Below are positions 20,647 through 29,852 of a DNA stretch of 64,000 nucleotides, in pieces. Source of the stretch: Candidatus Aminicenantes bacterium (lineage in GTDB: Bacteria; Acidobacteriota; Aminicenantia; Aminicenantales; JAFGBC01); contig OY969696.1 of NCBI GenBank assembly GCA_963702005.1, forward strand, positions 1,408,001 to 1,472,000, in the 5' to 3' direction. Both the position numbers and the translations under genes were made by a program. A model generated the notes under the pieces. The model had not been told where the DNA came from. It did not search any database and saw nothing but the letters and a program-made list of their open reading frames with translations. Numbering within the stretch: the first letter of the stretch is position 1; every line of letters starts with the position of its first letter.

Positions 20647-21570
20647 ATGGGCCGCACGGCGTTCCTCTTTCCCGGGCAGGGTTCCCAAGCTGTCGGCATG
20701 GGCCGCGATTTTTACGAGCTCTCCCCGAAGGCCAAGGAGCTCGTCGAGCGGGCCGATCGGATCCTGGGCTTCCCGCTCTCCCGGCTCTGCTTTGAAGGTC
20801 CCGAGGAGGAGCTGAAGCTGACCCGGAACACGCAGCCGGCCCTTCTTCTTGTCAGCACGCTGGCCTACAACCTGCTCGGGCGCGAGCCGGATATCGTCGC
20901 CGGCCACAGCCTGGGCGAGTATTCGGCCCTGGTCGCGGCCGGCGCCCTCGCCTTCGAAGACGCCCTCCTGCTCGTCCACAAGCGGGGCCGCTACATGCAG
21001 GAGGCCGTCCCGGTCGGGGAGGGGGCCATGGCCGCCATCATAGGTCTCGACCTCGACAAGGTCCGGGAGGGCCTCGCCCGGGTCCGGAACGGGACGGTCG
21101 AGGTCGCCAACTGGAACAGCCAGGAACAGATCGTCATCTCCGGACACAAGCTGGCCGTCGAGAGCGCTCTGGAGATTCTCAAAGCTCCGCGCTCGGTCCT
21201 CCTTCCGGTTAGCGCGCCGTTTCATTCGAGCTTGATGAAGAGCGCCGAAGAACGCCTCGCTTCGGATCTGGATCGGACGGAGTTCCGCGACCTGAAGTTC
21301 CCGGTCGTGACCAACGTCGACGCCCGGCCCATCCGGAGCGGGGCCGAGGCCCGGGACGCCCTCAAGCGCCAGGTCTGCCGCCCGGTCCTTTGGCAGCCTT
21401 CGATGGACGTCCTCCATCAGGAGGGCGTCGACCGCTTCGTCGAGGTCGGCTCGGGCAAAGTCCTGACGACGCTCATCAAGCGGATCGCCCGGCCTTGGGG
21501 CGTTCCGGTCACGGTCTTGAGTGCGGACGGCTGGGAGGCCGTCGAGCAGGCGCGGGCTGCCCTGTCATGA
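20647..21570 (+). CDS. fabD: Malonyl-CoA:ACP transacylase
   Basis: FPGQGSQ, GHSLGEY, VSAPFHS motifs. Confidence 0.96.
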   Translation: MGRTAFLFPGQGSQAVGMGRDFYELSPKAKELVERADRILGFPLSRLCFEGPEEELKLTRNTQPALLLVSTLAYNLLGREPDIVAGHSLGEYSALVAAGALAFEDALLLVHKRGRYMQEAVPVGEGAMAAIIGLDLDKVREGLARVRNGTVEVANWNSQEQIVISGHKLAVESALEILKAPRSVLLPVSAPFHSSLMKSAEERLASDLDRTEFRDLKFPVVTNVDARPIRSGAEARDALKRQVCRPVLWQPSMDVLHQEGVDRFVEVGSGKVLTTLIKRIARPWGVPVTVLSADGWEAVEQARAALS

Positions 21571-22110
21571 GTTGCGGGAGGAGAGGAGTCGCTTACCGAA
21601 CCTGAGATAGTAATCGGCGCCCGAGATCACGGCCGCAGCCAGGGTCAGCCACAGGCCGAGCGGAATAAGGAAGGCGAAAGGGCCCAAGAATTTCTTCCCA
21701 GCCAGGATGAAGGCGATGGTCCAGCTCTCGCAGACCATCTTGGCCTTGCCCAGGATCGAAGCCGGAATCTGGACGCCCTGCGCCGAGGCGATGGCCCGCA
21801 GGCCGGAGACGGCCAGCTCGCGGCCGATGATGACGACGACCATCCAGGCCTTGACGAGGCCCAGCTCGACCAGGCAGATGAAGACGGAGGCGATCAGCAG
21901 CTTGTCGGCGATCGGGTCGAGGAGCTGGCCGAGGACGGTCACCTGTTTCTTCCAGCGGGCCCAGAGGCCGTCGACCCAGTCCGTCAACGAGGCGAACACG
22001 AACAGGATGAAGGCGACGGTCATGTGCCCTTCAAAAGGCGTCACCAGGACGGCGACGCAGGCGGGAATGGTCAGGATGCGGAGGATGGTCAGGATGTTGG
22101 GGCCGTTCAT
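21565..22110 (-). CDS. pgsA: CDP-diacylglycerol--glycerol-3-phosphate 3-phosphatidyltransferase
   Basis: PNILTILR and D..DG..AR...G..LDP.ADK CDP-alcohol phosphotransferase motif. Confidence 0.93.
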   Translation of the reverse strand: MNGPNILTILRILTIPACVAVLVTPFEGHMTVAFILFVFASLTDWVDGLWARWKKQVTVLGQLLDPIADKLLIASVFICLVELGLVKAWMVVVIIGRELAVSGLRAIASAQGVQIPASILGKAKMVCESWTIAFILAGKKFLGPFAFLIPLGLWLTLAAAVISGADYYLRFGKRLLSSRNS

Positions 22111-22183
22111 CGCGAGGCTCAGTATACCATAACAAAGAATACGATCCCACTCTATATAACGGAATTTTGTTCAATCATACCAC

Positions 22184-22212
22184 TTGCAAAAATAAAATTA
22201 TAATTTTATACT
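22184..22212 (+). promoter_or_regulatory. Sigma70-type promoter with a palindrome filling the spacer
   Basis: TTGCAA-17 nt-TATACT; perfect palindrome ATAAAATTATAATTTTAT at 22192-22209. Confidence 0.55.
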
Positions 22213-22450
22213 TTTTGTCAGTTTGTCAGTAGGTTATCCTTTGAAATTTGCGTTCTTGTTATCTAGCATCTGAATAAGAGACCCATAAAAAGGCAAGCTA
22301 AAAAAATTGCTAAAGCAATTTTCTAAACAGATGCATTCTATGCAGTGTCATGTCAAGGCGTCTCGGTCAAGCTCATAGCTTTATAGGCAGCGATTCGCAA
22401 GGGATCGCACGCGAGCATAAACTGAATTTGGCTGTTTGTGGGAAACGAAG

Positions 22451-23737
22451 ATGGTTATTGAGGCAAAACAAAGAGCAAGATTTGCTTTAGCCATTTGTAC
22501 TACGGCGGGCATGCTCATCTTATGGGCATTTTATTTTAAAATCCCCCTTTCAACGGATGATTGGCACTGGGGCAATGTTCTTAAGCAGGGTATCCCACTT
22601 CCGCTCATAGACCCCTATTTCTTTAGGCTCCCAGTCTGCAAAGCCATATTTAATCTTACGTTCCCGATTCTCCTTCATTTTCCCTTTTGGGGTAAATTGC
22701 TCGTTTGGGGGCTGGGAATTTTTGGGATTTATCTCCCTCTCTCTTGGTTCTTTCGCAAGTACCACTATTATCTTTCTCTTTTGCCGTTGACCGCTCTTTT
22801 GATTTTTTTTGCGCCAAATCAATATGAGCTAAATTACAATTTATCTTCATTGCCATTTTGTTTTGGGTTTCTTTTTGTCGGTCTCGGATTCCACTTATTC
22901 AGAAAAGGATTGAGGTTTCCGGGAGTGTTTTTGTACTTGCTATCATTTCTAACGCTTGAAAGCTTTATTGTTCTAATAATTCTCCTTGAATTTTCTGCAT
23001 ATCTTCCTGATCTAACTCATCGAAAATCATGGATGGCAATAGGACGCAATCTTCTTTCCATTTTTATCCCCTATGCAGTCATTAGGCTTGTCTTGTACTT
23101 CATTCATCCCTATGGCTACAATGTTGCACAGTCCATCAAGCTTACGCAGGTAAGAGGCCTCGTCATCCACAGCTTTTTAATCAGTTTTTTCAAACTGAAT
23201 TCTATCCTTTCTTTTCTCCAGCTTCTGCTCTTCGGTTTCCTTGCGATTAAAATTATAAAATCTCTCCATCCTAACAAGAGGAGGGACTGGCTTCTTTCGA
23301 TTATTATTCTTGCGATTCTTTTCTTCGCGGCGAGCAGTTATTATTTTATTCTCGGCTATCCGGCAGGACGAGCATTAGCAGGACAGGTAGCTTTTTGTTG
23401 GGGATCATATTTATTGCTTGTTATTTGCTATATTAATAAGAGACGCGTTAGCCTTCCAGCCGGAATTATTTTGTTGATCATTTTTATATCGGTCCAAATC
23501 GCCAGTCAAACGCTTATTTATAGGACCAAAGATAATAATTATCGTCAGATATCTCATGAAATTGCCTCAATCAGGAATGAGCTTGACATGAAAACGGGTT
23601 CGGTGGACATCGACGCGACCAAAGTTCGATCACATTTCAAGAGAGATTGGATATTCGGCTCTAACGAGGATGTTGAAATGATGTTCAGGTATTTTCTTAC
23701 TCCTTTTGAATTCTCCCGTTTGCATGTCAGAAAGTAG
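22451..23737 (+). CDS. Polytopic membrane protein, probable GT-C/GtrII-like glycosyltransferase, in a low-GC islet
   Basis: About 10-11 hydrophobic segments; DD motif after TM1 (STDDW); codons much more AT-rich than the flanks. Confidence 0.6.
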   Translation: MVIEAKQRARFALAICTTAGMLILWAFYFKIPLSTDDWHWGNVLKQGIPLPLIDPYFFRLPVCKAIFNLTFPILLHFPFWGKLLVWGLGIFGIYLPLSWFFRKYHYYLSLLPLTALLIFFAPNQYELNYNLSSLPFCFGFLFVGLGFHLFRKGLRFPGVFLYLLSFLTLESFIVLIILLEFSAYLPDLTHRKSWMAIGRNLLSIFIPYAVIRLVLYFIHPYGYNVAQSIKLTQVRGLVIHSFLISFFKLNSILSFLQLLLFGFLAIKIIKSLHPNKRRDWLLSIIILAILFFAASSYYFILGYPAGRALAGQVAFCWGSYLLLVICYINKRRVSLPAGIILLIIFISVQIASQTLIYRTKDNNYRQISHEIASIRNELDMKTGSVDIDATKVRSHFKRDWIFGSNEDVEMMFRYFLTPFEFSRLHVRK

Positions 23738-23859
23738 CGTAAGACATCCCGCCTCCTTATCGAATAAGAAGGGATTGTGATAGCTTACAGCCGTAATCTC
23801 GGGCAAAAAATGATGGAGCAATGTCCAAAATAATACAAGTCTTTCGTTAATCAGTATCC

Positions 23860-23888
23860 TTGAAAAAGGCCAAGCCTCTGAGTATAGT
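23860..23888 (+). promoter_or_regulatory. mutS sigma70 promoter
   Basis: TTGAAA-17 nt-TATAGT, ending 10 nt before ATG 23899. Confidence 0.55.
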
Positions 23889-23898
23889 TAGGGCTGCG

Positions 23899-26520
23899 AT
23901 GACGGACGATCTATCCCGGACCCCGATGATGGAGCAGTACCTCCGGATCAAGCGGGCCCATCCGGGAGCGCTCCTTTTCTTCCGGCTGGGCGATTTCTAC
24001 GAGATGTTCTACGACGACGCCAAGACGGCATCGCCCCTGCTCGAGATCGCCCTGACCTCCCGACAGAAAGTCCCGATGTGCGGCGTCCCCCACCATTCCG
24101 TCGACGGCTATCTGGCCAAGCTCCTCCGGCTCGGCTACAAGGTCGCCGTCTGCGAGCAGCTCGAGGATCCGCGCCTGGCCAAGGGCGTCGTCAAGCGCGA
24201 CGTCGTCAAGGTCCTGACGCCCGGAACGGCCGTCGAGGTCGAGCTCGAAAGCGCCAAAACGCCCCTCTTTATCGCCGGACTCGTCCTGAGGGAGGAGGGT
24301 TGGGGGCTGGCCCTCCTCGACCTGGGCGCGGGCCGGATCCGGACCTTCGCGGGCGGCCCGGACCGCAAAGCCCTCAGCGACGAACTGTTTAAAGCCGCGC
24401 CCCGGGAGGTCGTCTTCCCTCGGGAAGCGGAGGCGGGGACGGCGGAATTTCTGTCCCGGAGCAACCTGGCCGAGGCCGCCCGGAGCCCGGCCGATGATTG
24501 GACCTTCGACTCTCCACCGGCCCGGGAGCTCCTCCTCCGGCATTTCAAGGTCGCCTCCCTGGCCGGGTTCGACCTCGAGGACAAGCCCCTGGCCGTGGCG
24601 GCGGCGGGAGGCCTGCTTCAGTATCTGAAGGGGGTTCGCAAGGACTCGCTGGCGCTCGTCCACGCCATCTCCTTTCAGGCGACGGGCACGGCCATGGTCC
24701 TGGACGCTACGGCCGTCAAGAACCTCGAGCTCATCCGGAACCTGCGCGACGGCCGCGTCAAGGATTCTCTGCTCGGCGTCATCGACTGGACGGTCTCGCC
24801 CATGGGCGGCCGCCTCCTTCGGGACTGGCTCCTTCAGCCCCTCCTCGATATCGCCGCGATCGGGGAGCGTCTCGACGCGGTCGAGGATATGTTGGGACGA
24901 ACGATCGAGCGGCAGGAGCTCCGATCGACCCTCAAGGGCCTCTTCGACCTCGAACGTCTGTCGGGCCGGATCTCGCTCTCCGCCGCCCATCCGCGCGACC
25001 TGGTGGCGCTCAAGAAGTCGCTGGCCGTCTGCCCCCGCCTCCGCGGTCTCCTTGAGCCGTTCCGGTCGCCCCTCGTTCGGTCGATCAAGGACGGCTGGGA
25101 CTCCGGCGCCGACATCGCCGACCTCATCGACCGCTCCATCCTTGAGGAGCCGGCCGTCCTCCTGACCGAAGGGGGCATCATCAAGGACGGCTACGACGCC
25201 GAGCTCGACGAGCTGCGGGCGGTCAGCCGCTCCGGAAAAGGGTTCATCGTCGGCCTCGAACGTCGCGAGCGGGAGCGGACCGGGATCGGCTCGCTCAAGG
25301 TCCGCTTCAACAAGGTGTTCGGCTACTTTATCGAGGTCACCAAATCCAACCTCGCCCAGGTCCCGGCCGACTATATCCGCAAGCAGACCCTGGTCAACGC
25401 GGAGCGGTTTCTGACGCCCGAGCTCAAGGCCTATGAGGAGAAAGTCCTCCACGCCGAAGAGCGGATCGGGGAGATCGAGTACCGGCTGTTCGGCGAAGTC
25501 AGGGCCCGGGTCGCCCGCGAGACCGAGAGAATCCATCGGATCGCGGCCGCCCTGGCCGCGCTCGATGTCCTGGCCGGGCTGGCCGAACTGGCCGCCCAGC
25601 GCGGTTTCCGCCGTCCCTCCGTCGACGGCGAGGATCGGATACGGATCCGGGACGGCCGTCATCCCGTCGTCGAGATCAGCCAGGCCGAGCCGTTCATCCC
25701 CAACGATACCCTGCTCGACCGGAGCGAGAACCAGATTCTGATCGTGACCGGTCCCAACATGGGAGGCAAGTCGACCTATCTTCGCCAAGTCGCGTTGATC
25801 ACGATCCTAGCCCAGATGGGCTCCTTCGTCCCGGCCGTGGAAGCCGCCATCGGCGTCGTCGACCGGATCTTCACCCGGATCGGCGCCATGGACTTCCTGA
25901 GCGTGGGCCAGTCGACGTTCATGGTCGAGATGATCGAGACGGCCGCCATCCTCGCCAGCGCGACGCCGCGCAGCCTCATCCTCCTCGACGAGGTCGGCCG
26001 GGGGACGAGCACCTTCGACGGCCTGAGCATCGCCTGGGCCGTCGCCGAATACCTCCACGAGCGAGAGGAGGTCCGGGCCATGACGCTGTTCGCGACCCAC
26101 TACCACGAGCTGACCGAGCTCGCCCTGACCCATCCCCGCATCCAGAATCATCACGTCGCCGTCAAGGAGTGGAAGGAGGACATCGTCTTCCTTCGCAAGA
26201 TCGTGCCCGGGCCCTCCGACCAAAGCTACGGGATCCACGTCGCCAAGCTCGCCGGCATCCCCCGGGCCGTCATCGAGCGGGCCCGCGAGATCCTGTTCAA
26301 CCTCGAAAAGCAGGAACTCGACGCGGCCGGCCGGCCCCGGCTCGCCTCCCACCCGGTCCCGGGCGGCGACAAATCCCAGCTCCTCCTGTTCGACGAGGAC
26401 CGGGACTTGGCGCTTCTCGAGGAGATCCGCGGCGAGCTCGGCGTCTGCGACCTCGCCCAGCTGACGCCCCTCGCGGCCCTCGAATTCCTCTACAAACTCC
26501 AGGACAAGCTAAAAAAGTAA
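23899..26520 (+). CDS. mutS: DNA mismatch repair protein MutS
   Basis: TPMMEQY, GDFYEMF, TGPNMGGKST, DEVGRGT, FATHYHE; C-terminal QLLLF clamp motif. Confidence 0.98.
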   Translation: MTDDLSRTPMMEQYLRIKRAHPGALLFFRLGDFYEMFYDDAKTASPLLEIALTSRQKVPMCGVPHHSVDGYLAKLLRLGYKVAVCEQLEDPRLAKGVVKRDVVKVLTPGTAVEVELESAKTPLFIAGLVLREEGWGLALLDLGAGRIRTFAGGPDRKALSDELFKAAPREVVFPREAEAGTAEFLSRSNLAEAARSPADDWTFDSPPARELLLRHFKVASLAGFDLEDKPLAVAAAGGLLQYLKGVRKDSLALVHAISFQATGTAMVLDATAVKNLELIRNLRDGRVKDSLLGVIDWTVSPMGGRLLRDWLLQPLLDIAAIGERLDAVEDMLGRTIERQELRSTLKGLFDLERLSGRISLSAAHPRDLVALKKSLAVCPRLRGLLEPFRSPLVRSIKDGWDSGADIADLIDRSILEEPAVLLTEGGIIKDGYDAELDELRAVSRSGKGFIVGLERRERERTGIGSLKVRFNKVFGYFIEVTKSNLAQVPADYIRKQTLVNAERFLTPELKAYEEKVLHAEERIGEIEYRLFGEVRARVARETERIHRIAAALAALDVLAGLAELAAQRGFRRPSVDGEDRIRIRDGRHPVVEISQAEPFIPNDTLLDRSENQILIVTGPNMGGKSTYLRQVALITILAQMGSFVPAVEAAIGVVDRIFTRIGAMDFLSVGQSTFMVEMIETAAILASATPRSLILLDEVGRGTSTFDGLSIAWAVAEYLHEREEVRAMTLFATHYHELTELALTHPRIQNHHVAVKEWKEDIVFLRKIVPGPSDQSYGIHVAKLAGIPRAVIERAREILFNLEKQELDAAGRPRLASHPVPGGDKSQLLLFDEDRDLALLEEIRGELGVCDLAQLTPLAALEFLYKLQDKLKK

Positions 26521-26522
26521 TC

Positions 26523-26680
26523 CGGGGTCAAACCTGCATTCCGCCCTAAAGTGCAATCCGATGCGTGAAGCCCTTTCTGTCTGGATTAGGACGAAGTCAT
26601 AGAGTGCAGGTTTAACCCCGTACGGGGTCGGGCTGGATTAGTACACGGTCATAAAGTGTAGGCTTGACCCCGGACGGGGT
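26523..26680. repeat. REP/BIME-like cluster: one inverted plus two tandem ~48-nt units ending in ACCCCG-NN-CGGGGT palindromes
   Basis: 26581-26628 vs 26633-26680 match at 39/48 nt by eye; 26523-26541 is an inverted copy of 26602-26620. Confidence 0.75.
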
Positions 26681-26689
26681 TGGGGCGGG

Positions 26690-27019
26690 TCAGAAGTGAT
26701 CCGAGTCGTCCTCGATGTCGGCTCCTGCTTCTTCTTCCTCTTCTTCCTCGTCCTCTTCGTAGTCTTCTTCCTCGAAGGGGGCCGCGCCGTCCTCCTCGAG
26801 CTGCTTCTCGATGGCGATCTCAAACTCTTCGCGATCGTCGTAGCGGCGGAGATAGTTCGAGGACGCGTCGCTGTAGTAGAGTTCTAGGAAGTCGTCCTCG
26901 ATGACGCAGAAGACGGATTGAGAGTGGCCGGTCTGCAGGTTGCCGACGGTCTCGACGACCTGGGCCGCTTTCTTGATGGCCTCGAGGGTGCTCCAGCTGG
27001 CGATTTCGATCTCTTCCAT
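26690..27019 (-). CDS. Small, highly acidic hypothetical protein
   Basis: 109 aa, ~35% D/E, GC3-rich codons, GGGAG SD, TTGACA upstream. Confidence 0.75.
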   Translation of the reverse strand: MEEIEIASWSTLEAIKKAAQVVETVGNLQTGHSQSVFCVIEDDFLELYYSDASSNYLRRYDDREEFEIAIEKQLEEDGAAPFEEEDYEEDEEEEEEEAGADIEDDSDHF

Positions 27020-27039
27020 GAAATCCACTCCCAAGAAAA

Positions 27040-27090
27040 TAAATATCTATTTTTATCGAATTGTCAAGAGAAAAAGGAAAAGGATAGAAT
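27040..27090. promoter_or_regulatory. Divergent overlapping promoters for clpB and the acidic gene
   Basis: TTGTCA(27061)-18 nt-TAGAAT on +; TTGACA(27067) on - followed by an AT-rich -10 region. Confidence 0.5.
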
Positions 27091-27108
27091 GGATATGGAG
27101 GATCGATC

Positions 27109-29691
27109 ATGAAATGGGACAAATGGACCGTCATGTCGCAAGAGGCCCTGCGCCTCGCCCAATCCAAAGCCGAGGAGCTCGGTCATGCCGAGATCGGGCC
27201 CGAGCATTTTCTCTGGGCGTTTCTGACCCAGGAGGAAAACATCGTCACGGCCGTGCTGGCCAAGATCGGCGCGAATCCGGCCGCCCTGCGCGGCGCTCTC
27301 GAATCGGCCCTGGCCCGGATGCCCAAGGTCCGCGGCGGCGGGCCGCTCGTTCCCTCCGGCCTTCTCCAGAAGATTTTAGCCGAGGCCGAAAAAGAAGCCG
27401 ACGCCCTCAGGGACGAATATATCTCGACCGAGCACATCTTCCTGGCCCTCCTTAAGGAAGAGACGTCCGAAGCCGCCCGCCTTCTCAAGGAACAGGGCGT
27501 CGGCCGGGACGCGGTCCTCCAGGCCCTCCGGTCGCTGCGCGGCTCCCAGCGCGTCACCGACCCCGAGCCGGAAGGCAAGTTCCGCGTCCTGGAGAAATAC
27601 GCCCGCGACCTGACGGCCCTCGCCAGGCAGGGAAAGATCGATCCCGTCATCGGCCGGGAGGACGAAATCCGGCGGGTCGTCCAGGTCCTGTCGCGGCGGA
27701 CCAAGAACAATCCCGTCCTGATCGGCGAGGCGGGCGTCGGCAAAACGGCCATCGTCGAAGGCCTGGCCCAGCGGATCGCGAACGGCGATGTCCCGCAGTC
27801 CCTCAAGGACAAGCGAGTTCTCGCCCTCGACATCGGGGCCCTCGTCGCCGGCACCAAATACCGCGGCGAGTTCGAGGACCGTCTCAAGGCCGTCCTGCGC
27901 GAGATCAAGGACGCGGGCGGCGAGGTCATCCTGTTCATCGACGAGCTCCACACCGTGGTCGGGGCGGGCGCGGCCGAAGGGGCCGTCGACGCCTCGAACA
28001 TGCTCAAGCCGGCCCTGGCCCGGGGCGAGCTCCGCTGCGTCGGGGCGACGACCCTCAGCGAGTACAAGAAGCACATCGAGAAGGACCCCGCCCTCGAGCG
28101 CCGTTTCCAGCAGGTCTATGTCGGCGAGCCCTCGGTCGAGGACACGATCTCGATCCTGCGCGGGATCAAGGAGAAGTACGAAATCCATCACGGCGTCAAG
28201 ATCAAGGACGCGGCCCTCGTCGCGGCCGCGACCCTCTCGAACCGCTACATCGCCAACCGGTTCCTTCCCGACAAGGCCATCGACCTCGTCGACGAGGCGG
28301 CCAGCCGAATCCGGATCCAGGTCGACAGCCTTCCCGAGGACGTCGACGAGCTCGAGCGGCGCATCCTCCAGCTCGAGGTCGAGAAACAAGCCCTCAAAAA
28401 GGAGAAGGACGCGGCCGCCAAGGATCGACTGGCCAAGATCGATAAGGAGCTGGCCGACCTCAAGGAACGGGCGGCCGGCCTCAAGGGGCGCTGGCAGAGG
28501 GAGAAGGACCTCATCGGCGAGGTCGGGAAACTCAAGGAAACCATCGACGGCCTCAAGGTCGAACAGGCCAACGCCGAGCGGCGGGGAGATCTCGAACGGG
28601 CGGCCGAGATCCGCTACGGGAAGCTTATCGAAGCCGGCCGGAAGCTTGAGGACACGACGGCCAGGCTGGCCGAGCTCCAGAAGACTGGCAAGATGCTCAA
28701 GGAGGAGGTCGACGAGGAGGACGTCGCCCAGATCGTCTCGAAATGGACCGGCATCCCCGTCTCCAAGATGCTCGAAGGCGACGCTGCCCGGCTCATCATG
28801 ATGGAGTCCAACCTCGCCCGACGGGTCGTCGGCCAGGACGACGCCCTGCGCGCCGTCGCCGACACGATCCGGCGGGCCCGGGCCGGGATCCAGGATCCCT
28901 CGCGGCCGATCGGCTCTTTCCTGTTCCTCGGCCCGACCGGCGTCGGCAAGACCGAGTTGGCCCGCGCCCTGGCCGAGTTCCTGTTCGACGACGAAAAAGC
29001 CATGGTCCGCCTCGACATGTCCGAATACATGGAGAAGCACACGGTGGCCCGGCTGATCGGAGCTCCTCCCGGCTACGTCGGATACGAAGAGGGCGGCCAG
29101 CTGACCGAGGCCGTCAAACGGCGGCCCTACTCGATCGTCCTCCTGGACGAAATCGAGAAAGCCCATCCCGATATCTTCAACGTTCTTCTTCAGATCCTCG
29201 ACGACGGCCGGCTGACCGACGGCCAGGGTCGGACGGTCGACTTCCGGAACACGCTCATCATCATGACCTCGAACTTGGGGAGCCAGGTCATCAAGGAGCT
29301 GGGCCGGGACCACGAGCGGATGGAGAATGAGGTCAAGGCCATCCTCGAGAGCCAGTTCAGGCCCGAATTCCTCAACCGGGTCGACGAGGTCATCATCTTC
29401 CGTGCCTTGGCCAAGGAAAGCCTCCTTAAAATCGTGGACATCCAGCTCGGCCTGCTCCGGGATCGGCTCGCGGAAAAGAAGATCGGGATCGAGGCCAGTC
29501 AGGCCGCCAAGGAGCTTCTGGCCCAACGAGGCTATGACCCCGTCTACGGCGCCCGGCCCCTCAAGCGGGTCATCCAGCGGGACATCCAGAACCAGCTCGC
29601 CCACAAGATCATCGTCGGCGAGTACAAGGATGGGGACACCGTCCGGATCGACGCCGACAAAAGCGGCGGCTTCACGTTCACCCGGAAGTAA
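27109..29691 (+). CDS. clpB: Chaperone ClpB
   Basis: Two AAA+ modules ([16 protein letters not shown]), coiled-coil M domain, [13 protein letters not shown]. Confidence 0.97.
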   Translation: MKWDKWTVMSQEALRLAQSKAEELGHAEIGPEHFLWAFLTQEENIVTAVLAKIGANPAALRGALESALARMPKVRGGGPLVPSGLLQKILAEAEKEADALRDEYISTEHIFLALLKEETSEAARLLKEQGVGRDAVLQALRSLRGSQRVTDPEPEGKFRVLEKYARDLTALARQGKIDPVIGREDEIRRVVQVLSRRTKNNPVLIGEAGVGKTAIVEGLAQRIANGDVPQSLKDKRVLALDIGALVAGTKYRGEFEDRLKAVLREIKDAGGEVILFIDELHTVVGAGAAEGAVDASNMLKPALARGELRCVGATTLSEYKKHIEKDPALERRFQQVYVGEPSVEDTISILRGIKEKYEIHHGVKIKDAALVAAATLSNRYIANRFLPDKAIDLVDEAASRIRIQVDSLPEDVDELERRILQLEVEKQALKKEKDAAAKDRLAKIDKELADLKERAAGLKGRWQREKDLIGEVGKLKETIDGLKVEQANAERRGDLERAAEIRYGKLIEAGRKLEDTTARLAELQKTGKMLKEEVDEEDVAQIVSKWTGIPVSKMLEGDAARLIMMESNLARRVVGQDDALRAVADTIRRARAGIQDPSRPIGSFLFLGPTGVGKTELARALAEFLFDDEKAMVRLDMSEYMEKHTVARLIGAPPGYVGYEEGGQLTEAVKRRPYSIVLLDEIEKAHPDIFNVLLQILDDGRLTDGQGRTVDFRNTLIIMTSNLGSQVIKELGRDHERMENEVKAILESQFRPEFLNRVDEVIIFRALAKESLLKIVDIQLGLLRDRLAEKKIGIEASQAAKELLAQRGYDPVYGARPLKRVIQRDIQNQLAHKIIVGEYKDGDTVRIDADKSGGFTFTRK

Positions 29692-29750
29692 AATCCCGCC
29701 GTCCGCCCCGGTTTGACCCGTTCGCCGCCGCTACCCCGCCTTGCGGTACT

Positions 29751-29778
29751 CATACTAAGCCGGAAACGGCTTAGTATG
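29751..29778. terminator. Perfect 12-bp hairpin with GAAA tetraloop after clpB (terminator or processing stem)
   Basis: CATACTAAGCCG-GAAA-CGGCTTAGTATG; no clear U-tract. Confidence 0.5.
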
Positions 29779-29790
29779 GGTGTCGAGGGT

Positions 29791-29819
29791 TTGACTTTGC
29801 CTCAGGCGCGATTTATATT
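29791..29819 (+). promoter_or_regulatory. Sigma70 promoter of the SPT-like operon
   Basis: TTGACT-17 nt-TATATT. Confidence 0.65.
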
Positions 29820-29852
29820 AGGGTGCCCGAGATCAGAGGAAAGGACGTACGC

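Noticed and set aside
21565-21570. fabD and pgsA stop codons interlocked as TCATGA
   Set aside because: A short convergent overlap is common and gives no sign of a special function.
26581-26680. Possible mini-CRISPR array
   Set aside because: Only two degenerate units separated by 4 nt, no unique spacers and no cas genes.
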